The position numbers and the translations under genes were made by a program. Below are positions 18,736 to 28,103 of a stretch of DNA of 64,000 bases, piece after piece. The notes beneath the pieces are model-generated. The model saw only the letters and a program-made list of their open reading frames with translations, searched no databases and was not told where the DNA came from. Positions within the stretch are counted from its first letter, which is position 1. Each line of letters opens with the position of its first letter. The stretch comes from Thermoplasmataceae archaeon (GTDB lineage Archaea; Thermoplasmatota; Thermoplasmata; Thermoplasmatales; Thermoplasmataceae). The stretch is from NCBI GenBank assembly GCA_046703545.1, contig JBJKSX010000053.1:25761-89760 (forward strand), in the 5' to 3' direction.

Positions 18736-20396
18736 AAGCAGTGGCGGAAATAGGCTTCATAAGGACAATTTCGAAGATCGACTTCAAGAAGAGAGACCTT
18801 GTCATCTTCGGGGTATCCTTCGCCCTGATCATAGTGGGAATAGTCCTTTACAACTTCACCCACACAATTTACATGGCAGGGGCGTCAGGAGTTGGCGCAG
18901 TGCTGATCCTTTTCGTGGTCCTGAAGCCAATACTGGAGCGGGATGTGCTCAAATCAGACATAAATTCAAACATCCCGTACTTCATCACCGCATTCGCAAC
19001 TCTGGCTGTGAGTTCAGCAAACAGGATAGACATGCTTGAACTTCTTGCCAAGAAGGAGAAGCTCGGCAAGATCAGGTTCGAGATGGAAAAACTGGTGAAC
19101 CTGGTCAAGAACTGGAGAAGGGGGCTGTCAGAAGCAGCCATGTTCCTGTCGGGAATGAGCCCAAGTGAAGTCTTCGAGGATTTCCTGGCAAGATTCGGCC
19201 ACGCAATAGACAGCGGCCAGGACTTTGAGGAGTTTGTAAACAACGAGGCAGACACCGTTATGAACAACTTTGAAACCACCTACATTTCTGCCCTTTACAC
19301 CTTTGACCTCTACAAGGACCTTTATGTCTCCCTGCTCCTTTCATTCGCTTTCCTCATCACCTTCGTGATGATAATGCCCATACTCATCAGCATCAACATG
19401 ATACAGGTGCTCTCCATGAGCATGCTCACGATCATACTGGGTGAAATGATGCTAGTTTACGGCATCAAGGTTGTTCTTCCAAATGATCCCATATGGCACG
19501 ACACAGGAATCAAGACACCCCTCCAGCTGAAGATAAGGAAATACATGATCATGGCAGTGGTCAGCTGTGTTGCCCTAACCGGAATCTCGATTGGAATGCA
19601 GCTCTACAACATTCTGCCGTTCTACTTCGTGATTGCAATAGTGATCACGCCCCTTTTTGTGCCGGGTTACGTGGGCTCTAAGGCTGAGAAGATGGTTGCA
19701 AAGAAGGATGAGATGTTCGGAAGCTTCATAAGGTCCCTGGCAGGATCCGCAGCAGCCAGGGGAAACATGATCATAGAGGCCCTGAAAGCAATTGTGCTGC
19801 ACGATTTTGGAACGCTCACCAGTGATATCAGGTCGCTTTACAGGAGGCTTGCGTACAGGATCAACAACGGTGCCGCATGGAGGAATTTCAGCGCAGATAC
19901 CGGCTCACACCTTATAGAGGTCTTCTCTGAGAGTTTTGTTGAGAGCGTGGATCTGGGTGCAGATGCTGACAAGGCGGGGATGGTCGTCGCAGACAATTTT
20001 GACAAGGTCATCAGGCTCAGGAAGAGAAGGCACGCTTCGGTTTCCAGCTATGTGGGAGTCCTGTATGGTATCACCGGAGGTCTTGCGTTTTCACTGGCCA
20101 TTGCCTATGGTGTCCTGCAGATCATAAACAAGGTTTTCAGCACATTCAACGTATCCTCACTGAACTCATTCGGCATTTTCGTTGCCCAGCCAAGTTCGTC
20201 CATGTTTTTGATCGAGGCATTCGTCATTGCCATACTTATGGTTCACTCCTTCATAGCAGGGACCGCTCTCAAGGTTGCGGACGGCGGAAAAATATCCCAC
20301 AGCCTCCACCATTTCGTCACAATGGTCTGGATTGTCACAGGTGTCATGTATGGGACCCTGAAAGTGGTGAACCTTATCCTGGGCGGCCCAATCTGA
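18732..20396 (+). CDS. flaJ: Archaellum membrane platform protein FlaJ
   Basis: Polytopic membrane protein of the TadC/FlaJ type. I place the start at GTG 18732, which overlaps the flaI stop (GTGA), rather than at the listed 18636 inside flaI. Confidence 0.8.
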   Translation: MKAVAEIGFIRTISKIDFKKRDLVIFGVSFALIIVGIVLYNFTHTIYMAGASGVGAVLILFVVLKPILERDVLKSDINSNIPYFITAFATLAVSSANRIDMLELLAKKEKLGKIRFEMEKLVNLVKNWRRGLSEAAMFLSGMSPSEVFEDFLARFGHAIDSGQDFEEFVNNEADTVMNNFETTYISALYTFDLYKDLYVSLLLSFAFLITFVMIMPILISINMIQVLSMSMLTIILGEMMLVYGIKVVLPNDPIWHDTGIKTPLQLKIRKYMIMAVVSCVALTGISIGMQLYNILPFYFVIAIVITPLFVPGYVGSKAEKMVAKKDEMFGSFIRSLAGSAAARGNMIIEALKAIVLHDFGTLTSDIRSLYRRLAYRINNGAAWRNFSADTGSHLIEVFSESFVESVDLGADADKAGMVVADNFDKVIRLRKRRHASVSSYVGVLYGITGGLAFSLAIAYGVLQIINKVFSTFNVSSLNSFGIFVAQPSSSMFLIEAFVIAILMVHSFIAGTALKVADGGKISHSLHHFVTMVWIVTGVMYGTLKVVNLILGGPI

Positions 20397-20424
20397 AATC
20401 CAGCCTCCTTTCTATTGGATAAGC

Positions 20425-20432
20425 ATAATATA
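20425..20432 (+). promoter_or_regulatory. TATA-box candidate for the TPR-protein gene (leaderless spacing)
   Basis: 'ATAATATA' is centred about 26 nt upstream of ATG 20455 and is preceded by 'TTGGATAAGCAT' at 20415-20426. The listed TTG start (20437) would lie inside or next to this element. Confidence 0.4.
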
Positions 20433-20454
20433 CATTTTGCCATCTAGAGAGAAG

Positions 20455-23400
20455 ATGGCTGAAGCCATATCCATTCGGAAAGCTGTCAGGAGACTTGCTT
20501 CGTCTGCTGAGAGATTAAAGGCTGCAGATGAACAATCACTGGAGTCTGCCCTCCACGAATTTCACCTGATTCTCAAGGAAATAGAGGAAAACTGGGTACC
20601 TGGTGAACTTTCGGGAGAGGATGAGAGCATCATTGAGATATATAGGAGCCTTGAGGTACTCAGAGATGTTGATGCAAAGGCATACAGCAAGGAACTGGAC
20701 CTGGCCCTTTCATTTATCACCAATTCACCAGACATATGGGGGCTCAAGCTGAGGGAACTCAACAGTTCGGACAGGTACGAGTCGATCCTCGAGCTTCTTT
20801 CGGAAGAGAGATCCTTCACCCTGGATGAAGATGCCCTCGAAATCCTGTTCCGTGCCTCCAGGTCCCTGAACCGGTTTGAGACTGCAGCCATTTACCTGTC
20901 CGGAAGGGACATTTTCTATGAGCCCATTTTCAGGGCACTCGTGGACAGTGGGGAGACAAACAAGAAAAGCAGGATTCTGGAGAATTTCAATTCCAGCCAC
21001 AATGATGAAGCCGCCTACGCTTTCCTCAACCTTCTGAAATATGAGAAGAATGACATGTGGGCAAGGCTGAGGATCCTGGAACTGCTTGAAAAGAAGAGCC
21101 GTGGAGACCTGATCGAGGAGATTGAGAACTTCCCGTTCGACAACGTCTCCGATCTTCAGGATTTCAGGAATCTTGGCTATCTGCTGATGAGGAACCGCCT
21201 GCCGGAGACCACAGTAAAAATGGCCTCCAGCGGCCTGAAGATGTTTCCGGATGACTATGAGCTTCTGAAGATCAAGGCGGAGGCTCTGCGTGAACAGGGT
21301 GAGAAAGTTGAGTCCTACGAGATTTTCAAGCAGCTGGCGCTCAGGGACAATTCTGATCTTAGCGTCATAAAGAGTGCCATTTCCCTCTCACTTGAACAGA
21401 AACTGTTTGAGGAGTGCCACCAGCTCATAGAGACATACCCGGATTCAAAAAAGGACCCAAATGTCATGGCACAGAAAGTGGAATGCGAACTTCAGATGTC
21501 GAAATTCACGGAGGCCCTGAGAGACCTTGACCAGGCGCTCCAGGAAAGCAGCGGCCACAGCCAGCTGATTGAACTCAAGCTCAAGACCCTCATCAAGCTG
21601 AACAAGGAGAGCGAGGCATTCAACCTTGCAAGGGAAGTGATGGAAAAAGACCCTGAGAACGAGGAAGCTTCGTCATATGCCATGAACTGGCTTTACAAGC
21701 GGGGAGAATTCAACAAAATAGTGGACCTGTGCGAGGACAGTGAGATTCTGAAACACAATTTCAGGCCTTTATTTGTGGCCTGCAAGATCCTTGAGGATGA
21801 CATCAAGGATGCCAGGAAAGAGCTCCAGGAAGCTCCTGAACTCCTTAATGCGCCCAAGGTCGTGGACGCGATTTTCTACAATGTGCGTGAAGATGATGAC
21901 CTCAGCAGGTTCGATTCAATATATGCCGAACTGAAGGATAAGAAACCCTACTACAGCATAGTTTCTGCAAGAATCCGCGGAATAAGGCCCCGCCTGGAGG
22001 CCATCCCTGATGAAGTGATACAAGAGAATGAATCACAGGCAGTGGCCTATGTGATTTCACATGAGTATTACTCTTCCAGGATGCCCGAGGTTCCGGACCG
22101 CATCAGGAGCATGCTTTACCAGCCATCCTTCAAGGAGATACGTGCCCTGCTTGAATTCCTGACTTACATTTATGAGGGAAAAATATCGGAGGATGTGGTG
22201 GACTCCTCCAGATACCTGTTCCCACTGACTGAGGCGCTGATAAAACTTGAAATGCTCGACAAGGCAGAAAACCAGCTGGAAAGGAGCATACACAGGGATA
22301 ACGACCCATTTTACCGGTACAGCCTAGCCCTGATAGATTTCCACCGCGGAGATTACAACTCATCGAGGAAATATGTGGAGAATGCCATTGACGATTTGAA
22401 GAATGCAGATTTCCTCAAACTCGCCCTCAATATTGCAGTCCTCACGGATGATTCCAAGGATTTCAGGTACTACCTTGATGAGATTGTCGAGATGAAGCTC
22501 ATCGACACTTTTGATTTCTCGGAGCTGTACAACAACATCTCCTCCAATTCCCTCTGGGATATTGCATCCATACTTGTTGGGATCGAGGCCGATGCAAACA
22601 TAAGCAATCCCTGGATTGCCCGCGTGAAAAGGGATATGGCGATGCAGTCAAAGGATTACTCCCGGGCACTTGATTCCTCCTCTGTGCTTTTCTCAACAAA
22701 CCAGTATTTGGAAGCGGATGTTAAGCGCCACATTGACATCCTGGACAGGTTGGGGAAAACTCAGGAGATCATAAACTTCCTCCTGGACATAGAGACCGAC
22801 AATTCATCAACTTGGCTTGAAAAGATCATTGGAGATGCCTATTTCAGGGCGTCAAAGTACAATGACTCCCTGGAACACTACAGCAGGGCGATTGAATTGG
22901 GAAGTGATCCAATGGCCCTAGACAATTATGCGGATGCACTCATGGAGTCGGGCAGGTATGATGATGCTTCCGAACTTATAGAAAAGGCAAACAACAAACT
23001 CCTGCAGCTGAAGCTTTATGGGAAGACCTCCAACATAAGGGCCGCAATTGACCTTCTCAACAGCCTCACTTTCAAGCAGGATGAAGACCAGGACATCGTG
23101 AGGTATGCGGCAGACAATCTCTGGTACAATACCGACATCAGGGACCTGGTCATCAGCCTGTACAAGAAGGAGGGCTACACCTGGCTTGGAAAGCTGATAG
23201 CCATCAAGACATTCGAGAACAAGGACACAAAACTCTCTCTTGAAGTGGCAAAGAACCTAAACAAGAACAGCCCGGATGATCTTGAGATCGTGGGGCTTTA
23301 CTCCAACCTGCTGATCAGGGCAGGAGAGAGGGAAGACGCCATACAGCTACTTCTTGACAGCATGAAATACTGCGGAGATTTCACAAAATGCATGGATCTC

Positions 23401-24153
23401 ACGAACACCCTTCTCAGGCTCTACTATGAAGACAGGGACTATGATTCCGTCATAAAATTCTACGAAACCAACCCGAAGTTTGTTGATGAAAGAAGCCTGC
23501 AGTATGTGATCAGGAGCTACATGGAGGCGGACAACTTTGACATGGCAGAGAAACTCATGAGCAGGTATGAAGGAACCCTGCTGTCCAAGGATATACACAG
23601 TGAACTGCGCGAAGACCTGAAAACAAAGAAAGAATTCATGGAGACCATCTTCTATGTGAGCAGGCTCCTGAAAGTTGAATACAAGATCGGGAAGAAATTC
23701 GACAGGAAGGAGGCATTCTACAAGGCCGACATACCTATCGAGCAGATAGAGTCTGTTTACCAGTTCCTCAACAGCAGGGACTTCTACTTCGACGTGAACG
23801 AGGAAAAATATGAGATACTCACCAGGGATGTGATCCAGAAGGCTGTTAAGGGAGCCAACATGGAGTCCATCGGTGACCTGACCATTGCAGCCATATTCAA
23901 CAACCTTGACAGGAAGGACCCCATAATTGCCAGGAATGTGTACATCTACATCAAGGACCAGCTGGATGTTGCAAGGAGGCCGAAACTGAAGGACGATTCC
24001 CTGCTCAAACTTCTCAGAATTGCCCTGAGGGAAAACATCAAGCAGGAACCTCTGCATATTGCCTTCTACCTGAAGATCGGGATTTCAGAGGCGCTGGAAG
24101 TCATGACTCTGATGGAGTACATGTCCAAGATGAACCGTGAAGGAGATATCTGA
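20455..24153 (+). CDS. Large all-helical TPR-like repeat protein, function unknown
   Basis: 1,232 aa from ATG 20455. It contains canonical TPR hairpins (e.g. 'GDAYFRASKYNDSLEHYSRAIELGSDPMALDNYADALMESGRYDDASELIEKA'). No TM segment and no Walker A were seen. The C-terminal ~150 aa may be HTH-like. Confidence 0.7.
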   Translation: MAEAISIRKAVRRLASSAERLKAADEQSLESALHEFHLILKEIEENWVPGELSGEDESIIEIYRSLEVLRDVDAKAYSKELDLALSFITNSPDIWGLKLRELNSSDRYESILELLSEERSFTLDEDALEILFRASRSLNRFETAAIYLSGRDIFYEPIFRALVDSGETNKKSRILENFNSSHNDEAAYAFLNLLKYEKNDMWARLRILELLEKKSRGDLIEEIENFPFDNVSDLQDFRNLGYLLMRNRLPETTVKMASSGLKMFPDDYELLKIKAEALREQGEKVESYEIFKQLALRDNSDLSVIKSAISLSLEQKLFEECHQLIETYPDSKKDPNVMAQKVECELQMSKFTEALRDLDQALQESSGHSQLIELKLKTLIKLNKESEAFNLAREVMEKDPENEEASSYAMNWLYKRGEFNKIVDLCEDSEILKHNFRPLFVACKILEDDIKDARKELQEAPELLNAPKVVDAIFYNVREDDDLSRFDSIYAELKDKKPYYSIVSARIRGIRPRLEAIPDEVIQENESQAVAYVISHEYYSSRMPEVPDRIRSMLYQPSFKEIRALLEFLTYIYEGKISEDVVDSSRYLFPLTEALIKLEMLDKAENQLERSIHRDNDPFYRYSLALIDFHRGDYNSSRKYVENAIDDLKNADFLKLALNIAVLTDDSKDFRYYLDEIVEMKLIDTFDFSELYNNISSNSLWDIASILVGIEADANISNPWIARVKRDMAMQSKDYSRALDSSSVLFSTNQYLEADVKRHIDILDRLGKTQEIINFLLDIETDNSSTWLEKIIGDAYFRASKYNDSLEHYSRAIELGSDPMALDNYADALMESGRYDDASELIEKANNKLLQLKLYGKTSNIRAAIDLLNSLTFKQDEDQDIVRYAADNLWYNTDIRDLVISLYKKEGYTWLGKLIAIKTFENKDTKLSLEVAKNLNKNSPDDLEIVGLYSNLLIRAGEREDAIQLLLDSMKYCGDFTKCMDLTNTLLRLYYEDRDYDSVIKFYETNPKFVDERSLQYVIRSYMEADNFDMAEKLMSRYEGTLLSKDIHSELREDLKTKKEFMETIFYVSRLLKVEYKIGKKFDRKEAFYKADIPIEQIESVYQFLNSRDFYFDVNEEKYEILTRDVIQKAVKGANMESIGDLTIAAIFNNLDRKDPIIARNVYIYIKDQLDVARRPKLKDDSLLKLLRIALRENIKQEPLHIAFYLKIGISEALEVMTLMEYMSKMNREGDI

Positions 24154-24768
24154 TTGGCTATCTTTGGCTACAACCGCTATCTCAGGGAAATCCAGGACAT
24201 AGTAATCGCCGTTCTGGCCCTGACTTTTGCATTCACCATATCCACTCTTTCCAGACATGGCTTCAATGTTTCACCCGGATTTGCATTGTTTGTGGTTCTT
24301 CTGAGCCTGGCGGCGGTCTGTCTGGGCTTTCTGCTTCATGAGCTGGCCCACAGGCAGGTAGCAAGAAAATACGGTGGCTTTGCAGAATTCCGCGTCTGGC
24401 CCATGGGCCTTCTCGGAGGGCTCATGCTGTCGTTCCTCGGTTTCGTGCTTGCAGCTCCAGGCGCGGTGTACATGTCAGGAATCTATGGAAACGACAGGGT
24501 GGGAAAGACTGCACTCGCAGGGCCGGCCACAAATATAGTGCTGGGTGTGGTTTTCATGGCTGCGGGCTATGCTGCCCTTGGAGGATTCTGGGGTGTCGTT
24601 TTTGGTTACCTCGCACAGGTAAACCTCTACCTGGGAGCATTCAACCTTGTCCCTTTCCCGCCCCTGGATGGGCAGAAGGTCATGGCCTGGGACATGAGAA
24701 ACTTCGTGATAGTCTTCATACTGGCCATATTCCTTGCCATAATGTCCTTCATAATTTTTGGATATTAA
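24154..24768 (+). CDS. M50-family (site-2 protease-like) intramembrane zinc metalloprotease
   Basis: 'HELAHRQVARKYG' (HExxH in a TM helix) and 'LGAFNLVPFPPLDG' (NxxPxxxLDG). The TTG start abuts the upstream TGA. Confidence 0.8.
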   Translation: MAIFGYNRYLREIQDIVIAVLALTFAFTISTLSRHGFNVSPGFALFVVLLSLAAVCLGFLLHELAHRQVARKYGGFAEFRVWPMGLLGGLMLSFLGFVLAAPGAVYMSGIYGNDRVGKTALAGPATNIVLGVVFMAAGYAALGGFWGVVFGYLAQVNLYLGAFNLVPFPPLDGQKVMAWDMRNFVIVFILAIFLAIMSFIIFGY

Positions 24769-25049
24769 TGAAGGCCGGGAATATTGCCGCCGTCTGCAGG
24801 GGTCAAGAAAAATATGGTGCTCTCTCCCACCTCGATCCTGTATGGTATCGTGAAATTGAAGGACTTGCCGTCCAGTTCCATCACAGCATCCTTTGACTGC
24901 GAAAGGTGTTCCCACAGGCCAGGGGAAGGCTTTGTTATTACAGCTATGTACTGGGGATTTTCCGAAGCCAGGAACCATTTGTCAACGGGATAGCCCTTTC
25001 TTTTGCCTTCCTGGGTTGAAACAACGCTGATTGTGACCATGATAAGCAC
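24765..25049 (-). CDS. Hypothetical small protein
   Basis: ORF only; I recognise no motif. The start is GTG 25049 or ATG 25040. An AT-rich TATA-like element (25067-25076) lies about 30 nt upstream of ATG 25040. Confidence 0.35.
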   Translation of the reverse strand: MLIMVTISVVSTQEGKRKGYPVDKWFLASENPQYIAVITKPSPGLWEHLSQSKDAVMELDGKSFNFTIPYRIEVGESTIFFLTPADGGNIPGLH

Positions 25050-25145
25050 GTGATTTGGATAAGCATTATATATTTTCCAGAAATTTCGTGAAGTCTTTAT
25101 TAGGGGAAACCTTAGGGATAACTGGGATTCCCCCCGAAGAGGATA

Positions 25146-25322
25146 ATGGTAGAAATGAGATACAAGGAAAATTGCACGTCCTGTGGTATAGGACTTGTCC
25201 AGACAGGCTACTCAATATTTGAATGCCCACAGTGCGGGGACGAGCTTATCGGCCGCTGCAAGGACTGCAGAGAGCACTCCACGAAGTATGACTGCCCCAA
25301 GTGCGGGTTCCAGGGACCGTAA
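25146..25322 (+). CDS. Double zinc-ribbon protein (COG2888-like; typical neighbour of aEF-1beta)
   Basis: This ORF is below the ORF-track size cutoff. My translation is [58 protein letters not shown], with four CxxC pairs. It ends 10 nt before the aEF-1beta ATG. The start could also be ATG 25155. Confidence 0.65.
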   Translation: MVEMRYKENCTSCGIGLVQTGYSIFECPQCGDELIGRCKDCREHSTKYDCPKCGFQGP

Positions 25323-25332
25323 AGTGGTGTAA

Positions 25333-25599
25333 ATGGGAGACGTCGCTGTATCACTGAAAATTCTTCCAACTGATGTTGAACTTGACGCCGAAGAATTGAA
25401 GAACAAGATCACGGAAGCTGTGAAACCCATCTGCGAAGTCAATAAGGTGGAACTTCATGAGATAGGGTTTGGGCTCAAGGCCATAAAGCTCCAGGTCATA
25501 GTGCCCGATGAGGAAGGGAAGATTGACAAGGTCGAGCAGACCATATCCTCAATAGAGGGCGTCGGCCAGGTCGACACAGAGGAAGTAACCCTGGTCTGA
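25333..25599 (+). CDS. Translation elongation factor aEF-1 beta
   Basis: 88 aa. 'MGDVAVSLKILPTDVE...IGFGLKAIKLQVIVPDEEG...IEGVGQVDTEEVTLV' is the characteristic aEF-1beta sequence pattern. Confidence 0.9.
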   Translation: MGDVAVSLKILPTDVELDAEELKNKITEAVKPICEVNKVELHEIGFGLKAIKLQVIVPDEEGKIDKVEQTISSIEGVGQVDTEEVTLV

Positions 25600-25601
25600 G
25601 A

Positions 25602-26684
25602 ATGTTTTTCGCTCTGTTCCACAACATTCCATTTGATTTTTTAATAGCTTTTCTCACACTGATTTTTCTTGGCCTCACATACATTGCATCGGTGAGGTCA
25701 GATAATGATGAATACGATGATTACCAGGATGCTTCTGTTCTTGTAATAGTCCCATGCAGGGGCCGCGACTACTCGCTGGAAGAAAACCTGACAAGCATTC
25801 GGAAACAGAACTATGGCAAATACAGGGTCCTTGCCGTGGTTGATTCAGAGGACGATGAAGCAATCCCTTCCATCAAAAAGGCCGGGCTAAATTACATCAT
25901 TTCCGAAAATGGCTGCAGCAGATGCAGCGGCAAAGTCAGGGCCATTGCAACTGCTTTCGAGCAGAATGGGGATCACGACATATATGTGATTGCCGATTCA
26001 GACATACTTGTGAAGGAGGACTGGCTGACAAAGCTCGTGTCACCATTCAAGTCTGAACGGATAGGCATTTCCACCACATTCCCTTACTTCAGGCCGGTTG
26101 GAGGGTTCTGGTCCAGAGTGAAGCTCGTATGGGGCTTTGTGGGCCTCGGGATGATGGAGTCCAAACTGACAAGATTTGGCTGGGGAGGTTCACTGGCATT
26201 CCGGAAGGAACTTCTCCAGGGCGAGAATTTTGAATTCTTCAAATCCTATGTTTCGGATGACATAGCACTGACAAAAACCTGCAAGAAACTGGGCTACAGC
26301 CTGGCTTACGTGCGGGAAGCCATGCCGGTCATCAATTCCCCTGATGATTTTGGCACTTTCATGGAGTGGGCAAACAGGCAAACCGCACTTTCTGTTTATG
26401 CCACAAAGAATATCCTTGCATATGGGCTCATTTTTTATGGCGCCCAGGTGCTCCTTTTCCTTTCTTCCATAGCGCTGGGCATCTTTGCAAGCCCGATTTT
26501 CTTCATCTTCCTTCTGCCAACCCTTATAAACAGCGCACGGGCTGTCTCAAGGGCAGGAAGATGGCCCATATGGTCATTCTCCATTAGTGTGATCATTCCC
26601 TTCCTTTACTTCTACAACCTGCTTAAAGCGGGAAGGATGGAGAACATAGAGTGGAGAGGGAGGGAGTATTCCCTCAAGGAATAA
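25602..26684 (+). CDS. Membrane glycosyltransferase, GT-A fold (family 2/21-like)
   Basis: N-terminal TM helix. 'VLVIVPCRGRDYSLEENLTSIRKQNY', 'VVDSEDD' and the DxD-like 'IADSDILV'. Several C-terminal TM helices. The ATG lies 2 nt after the aEF-1beta stop. Confidence 0.75.
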   Translation: MFFALFHNIPFDFLIAFLTLIFLGLTYIASVRSDNDEYDDYQDASVLVIVPCRGRDYSLEENLTSIRKQNYGKYRVLAVVDSEDDEAIPSIKKAGLNYIISENGCSRCSGKVRAIATAFEQNGDHDIYVIADSDILVKEDWLTKLVSPFKSERIGISTTFPYFRPVGGFWSRVKLVWGFVGLGMMESKLTRFGWGGSLAFRKELLQGENFEFFKSYVSDDIALTKTCKKLGYSLAYVREAMPVINSPDDFGTFMEWANRQTALSVYATKNILAYGLIFYGAQVLLFLSSIALGIFASPIFFIFLLPTLINSARAVSRAGRWPIWSFSISVIIPFLYFYNLLKAGRMENIEWRGREYSLKE

Positions 26685-26729
26685 GCTGGGTAAATTCATA
26701 TACGACCAAACAATGAAAAAACGGTAAAT

Positions 26730-28103
26730 TTGTCCACTGACAGCAAATATCCGCCAATTTTTGGCACTAACGGTATCAGGGGAGTTCCGAACGACGACCT
26801 GTCCACCGAGTTTTCACTCGAGATCGGCAAAGCCATTGGAACCTACGTTGGAAATGGCACTGTGGCCATGGCCAGAGACACAAGGGACACCGGGAGCATG
26901 ATTTTCAATGCTGTGTCCTCAGGAATAATGAGCACTGGCTGTTCCGTTGTAGATATTGGGATTCTGCCCACCCCTGCCCTTCAGTTCTATTGCAAGTCCA
27001 AAAAAATGTTTGGAGTGGTTATCACGGCTTCACACAATCCGCCAAGATTCAACGGAATCAAGTGCGTAGACCATGACGGCACTGAACTGAGGAGAGAGCA
27101 CGAAGAAAAGATTGAACGAATCTATTATGACAAAGACTACCACATAGCCGGATGGGAATCTGCAGGAACCTTGGCCAGCGACAACACTGCTGTTGACCTT
27201 TACCTGAAAGCCGTCATATCGCAGGTGGATGCTGGAAAGATCAGGGACAGAAAATACAGGGTCGTTGTTGACAGTGGCAATGGAGCATCGTACTATACTG
27301 CCCCGGCACTGCTGAGGAAACTTGGATGCAGTGTGGTGTCTCTAAATGCTTTTCCGGATGGCATGTTCACCTCCCGGACATCAGAGCCAAGGCCAGAAAA
27401 CCTGAAGGATCTCATCGCCCTGATGAAAACCGGGAGATTCAATCTGGGTATCGCTCACGATGGGGATGCTGACCGGGCTGTTTTCATTGACGAGAAGGGC
27501 AACTTCATAGACGGCGATATGACACTTTCCCTGGTTGTGAAGAGCGTCATAGGCGAGGGAGATGCAGTAGTAACGCCCTTGAGCAGTTCAGATGCAATCA
27601 CCGAAATCTGCAGGAATGCATCCGCCAACCTCATAAGGACAAGGGTCGGTGCACCAGTGGTTTCAAGGGCAATGATAGACAACAATGCCATGATCGGCGG
27701 CGAGGAGAATGGCGGCATAATATATGGCAGGCACCAGTACTGCAGGGATGGGGCAATGACCGCAGCTCTGATACTGGACCTGATGGCTGCAGATGGAAAT
27801 AGCATATCAGAGCTGATTTCCACCTTGCCCCAGTACTTCATACACAAGACCTCAGTGGAACGCAAGAAGGCATGGCCAGAACTGGCAGACAAGATCCTCG
27901 CGTATGCAGAGCCCATGGAAACAGACAGCACAGACGGCCTGAAGCTTTATTTTGAGGAGGGTTGGGTGCTCATGAGGCCTTCAGGGACTGAACCCATAAT
28001 AAGAGTGTACGGGGAATCCCATGACAGGGACAGGGCCAAGGAAATCGCTCTGGAATACCAGTCTCTGATCATGGGGCTTCAGGAAGACCCAAGTGCCCTG
28101 TAG
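26730..28103 (+). CDS. Phosphohexomutase (phosphoglucosamine / phosphomanno / phosphoglucomutase family)
   Basis: Active-site 'TASHNPPRFNGIK', metal loop 'GIAHDGDADR', sugar loop 'GGEENGG'. TTG start. Confidence 0.85.
   Translation: MSTDSKYPPIFGTNGIRGVPNDDLSTEFSLEIGKAIGTYVGNGTVAMARDTRDTGSMIFNAVSSGIMSTGCSVVDIGILPTPALQFYCKSKKMFGVVITASHNPPRFNGIKCVDHDGTELRREHEEKIERIYYDKDYHIAGWESAGTLASDNTAVDLYLKAVISQVDAGKIRDRKYRVVVDSGNGASYYTAPALLRKLGCSVVSLNAFPDGMFTSRTSEPRPENLKDLIALMKTGRFNLGIAHDGDADRAVFIDEKGNFIDGDMTLSLVVKSVIGEGDAVVTPLSSSDAITEICRNASANLIRTRVGAPVVSRAMIDNNAMIGGEENGGIIYGRHQYCRDGAMTAALILDLMAADGNSISELISTLPQYFIHKTSVERKKAWPELADKILAYAEPMETDSTDGLKLYFEEGWVLMRPSGTEPIIRVYGESHDRDRAKEIALEYQSLIMGLQEDPSAL

Noticed and set aside
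23347-24057. 236-aa ORF antisense to the TPR gene. Similar long antisense ORFs occur at 7871-8503 (in aglB), 55437-56108 (in the P-type ATPase), 17730-18200 (in flaI), 27455-27931 (in the mutase) and 13570-13920 (in flaB).
   Set aside because: All lie wholly inside well-supported genes on the other strand. They have low-complexity or odd composition and no motifs or expression signals. They are the expected by-product of codon bias.
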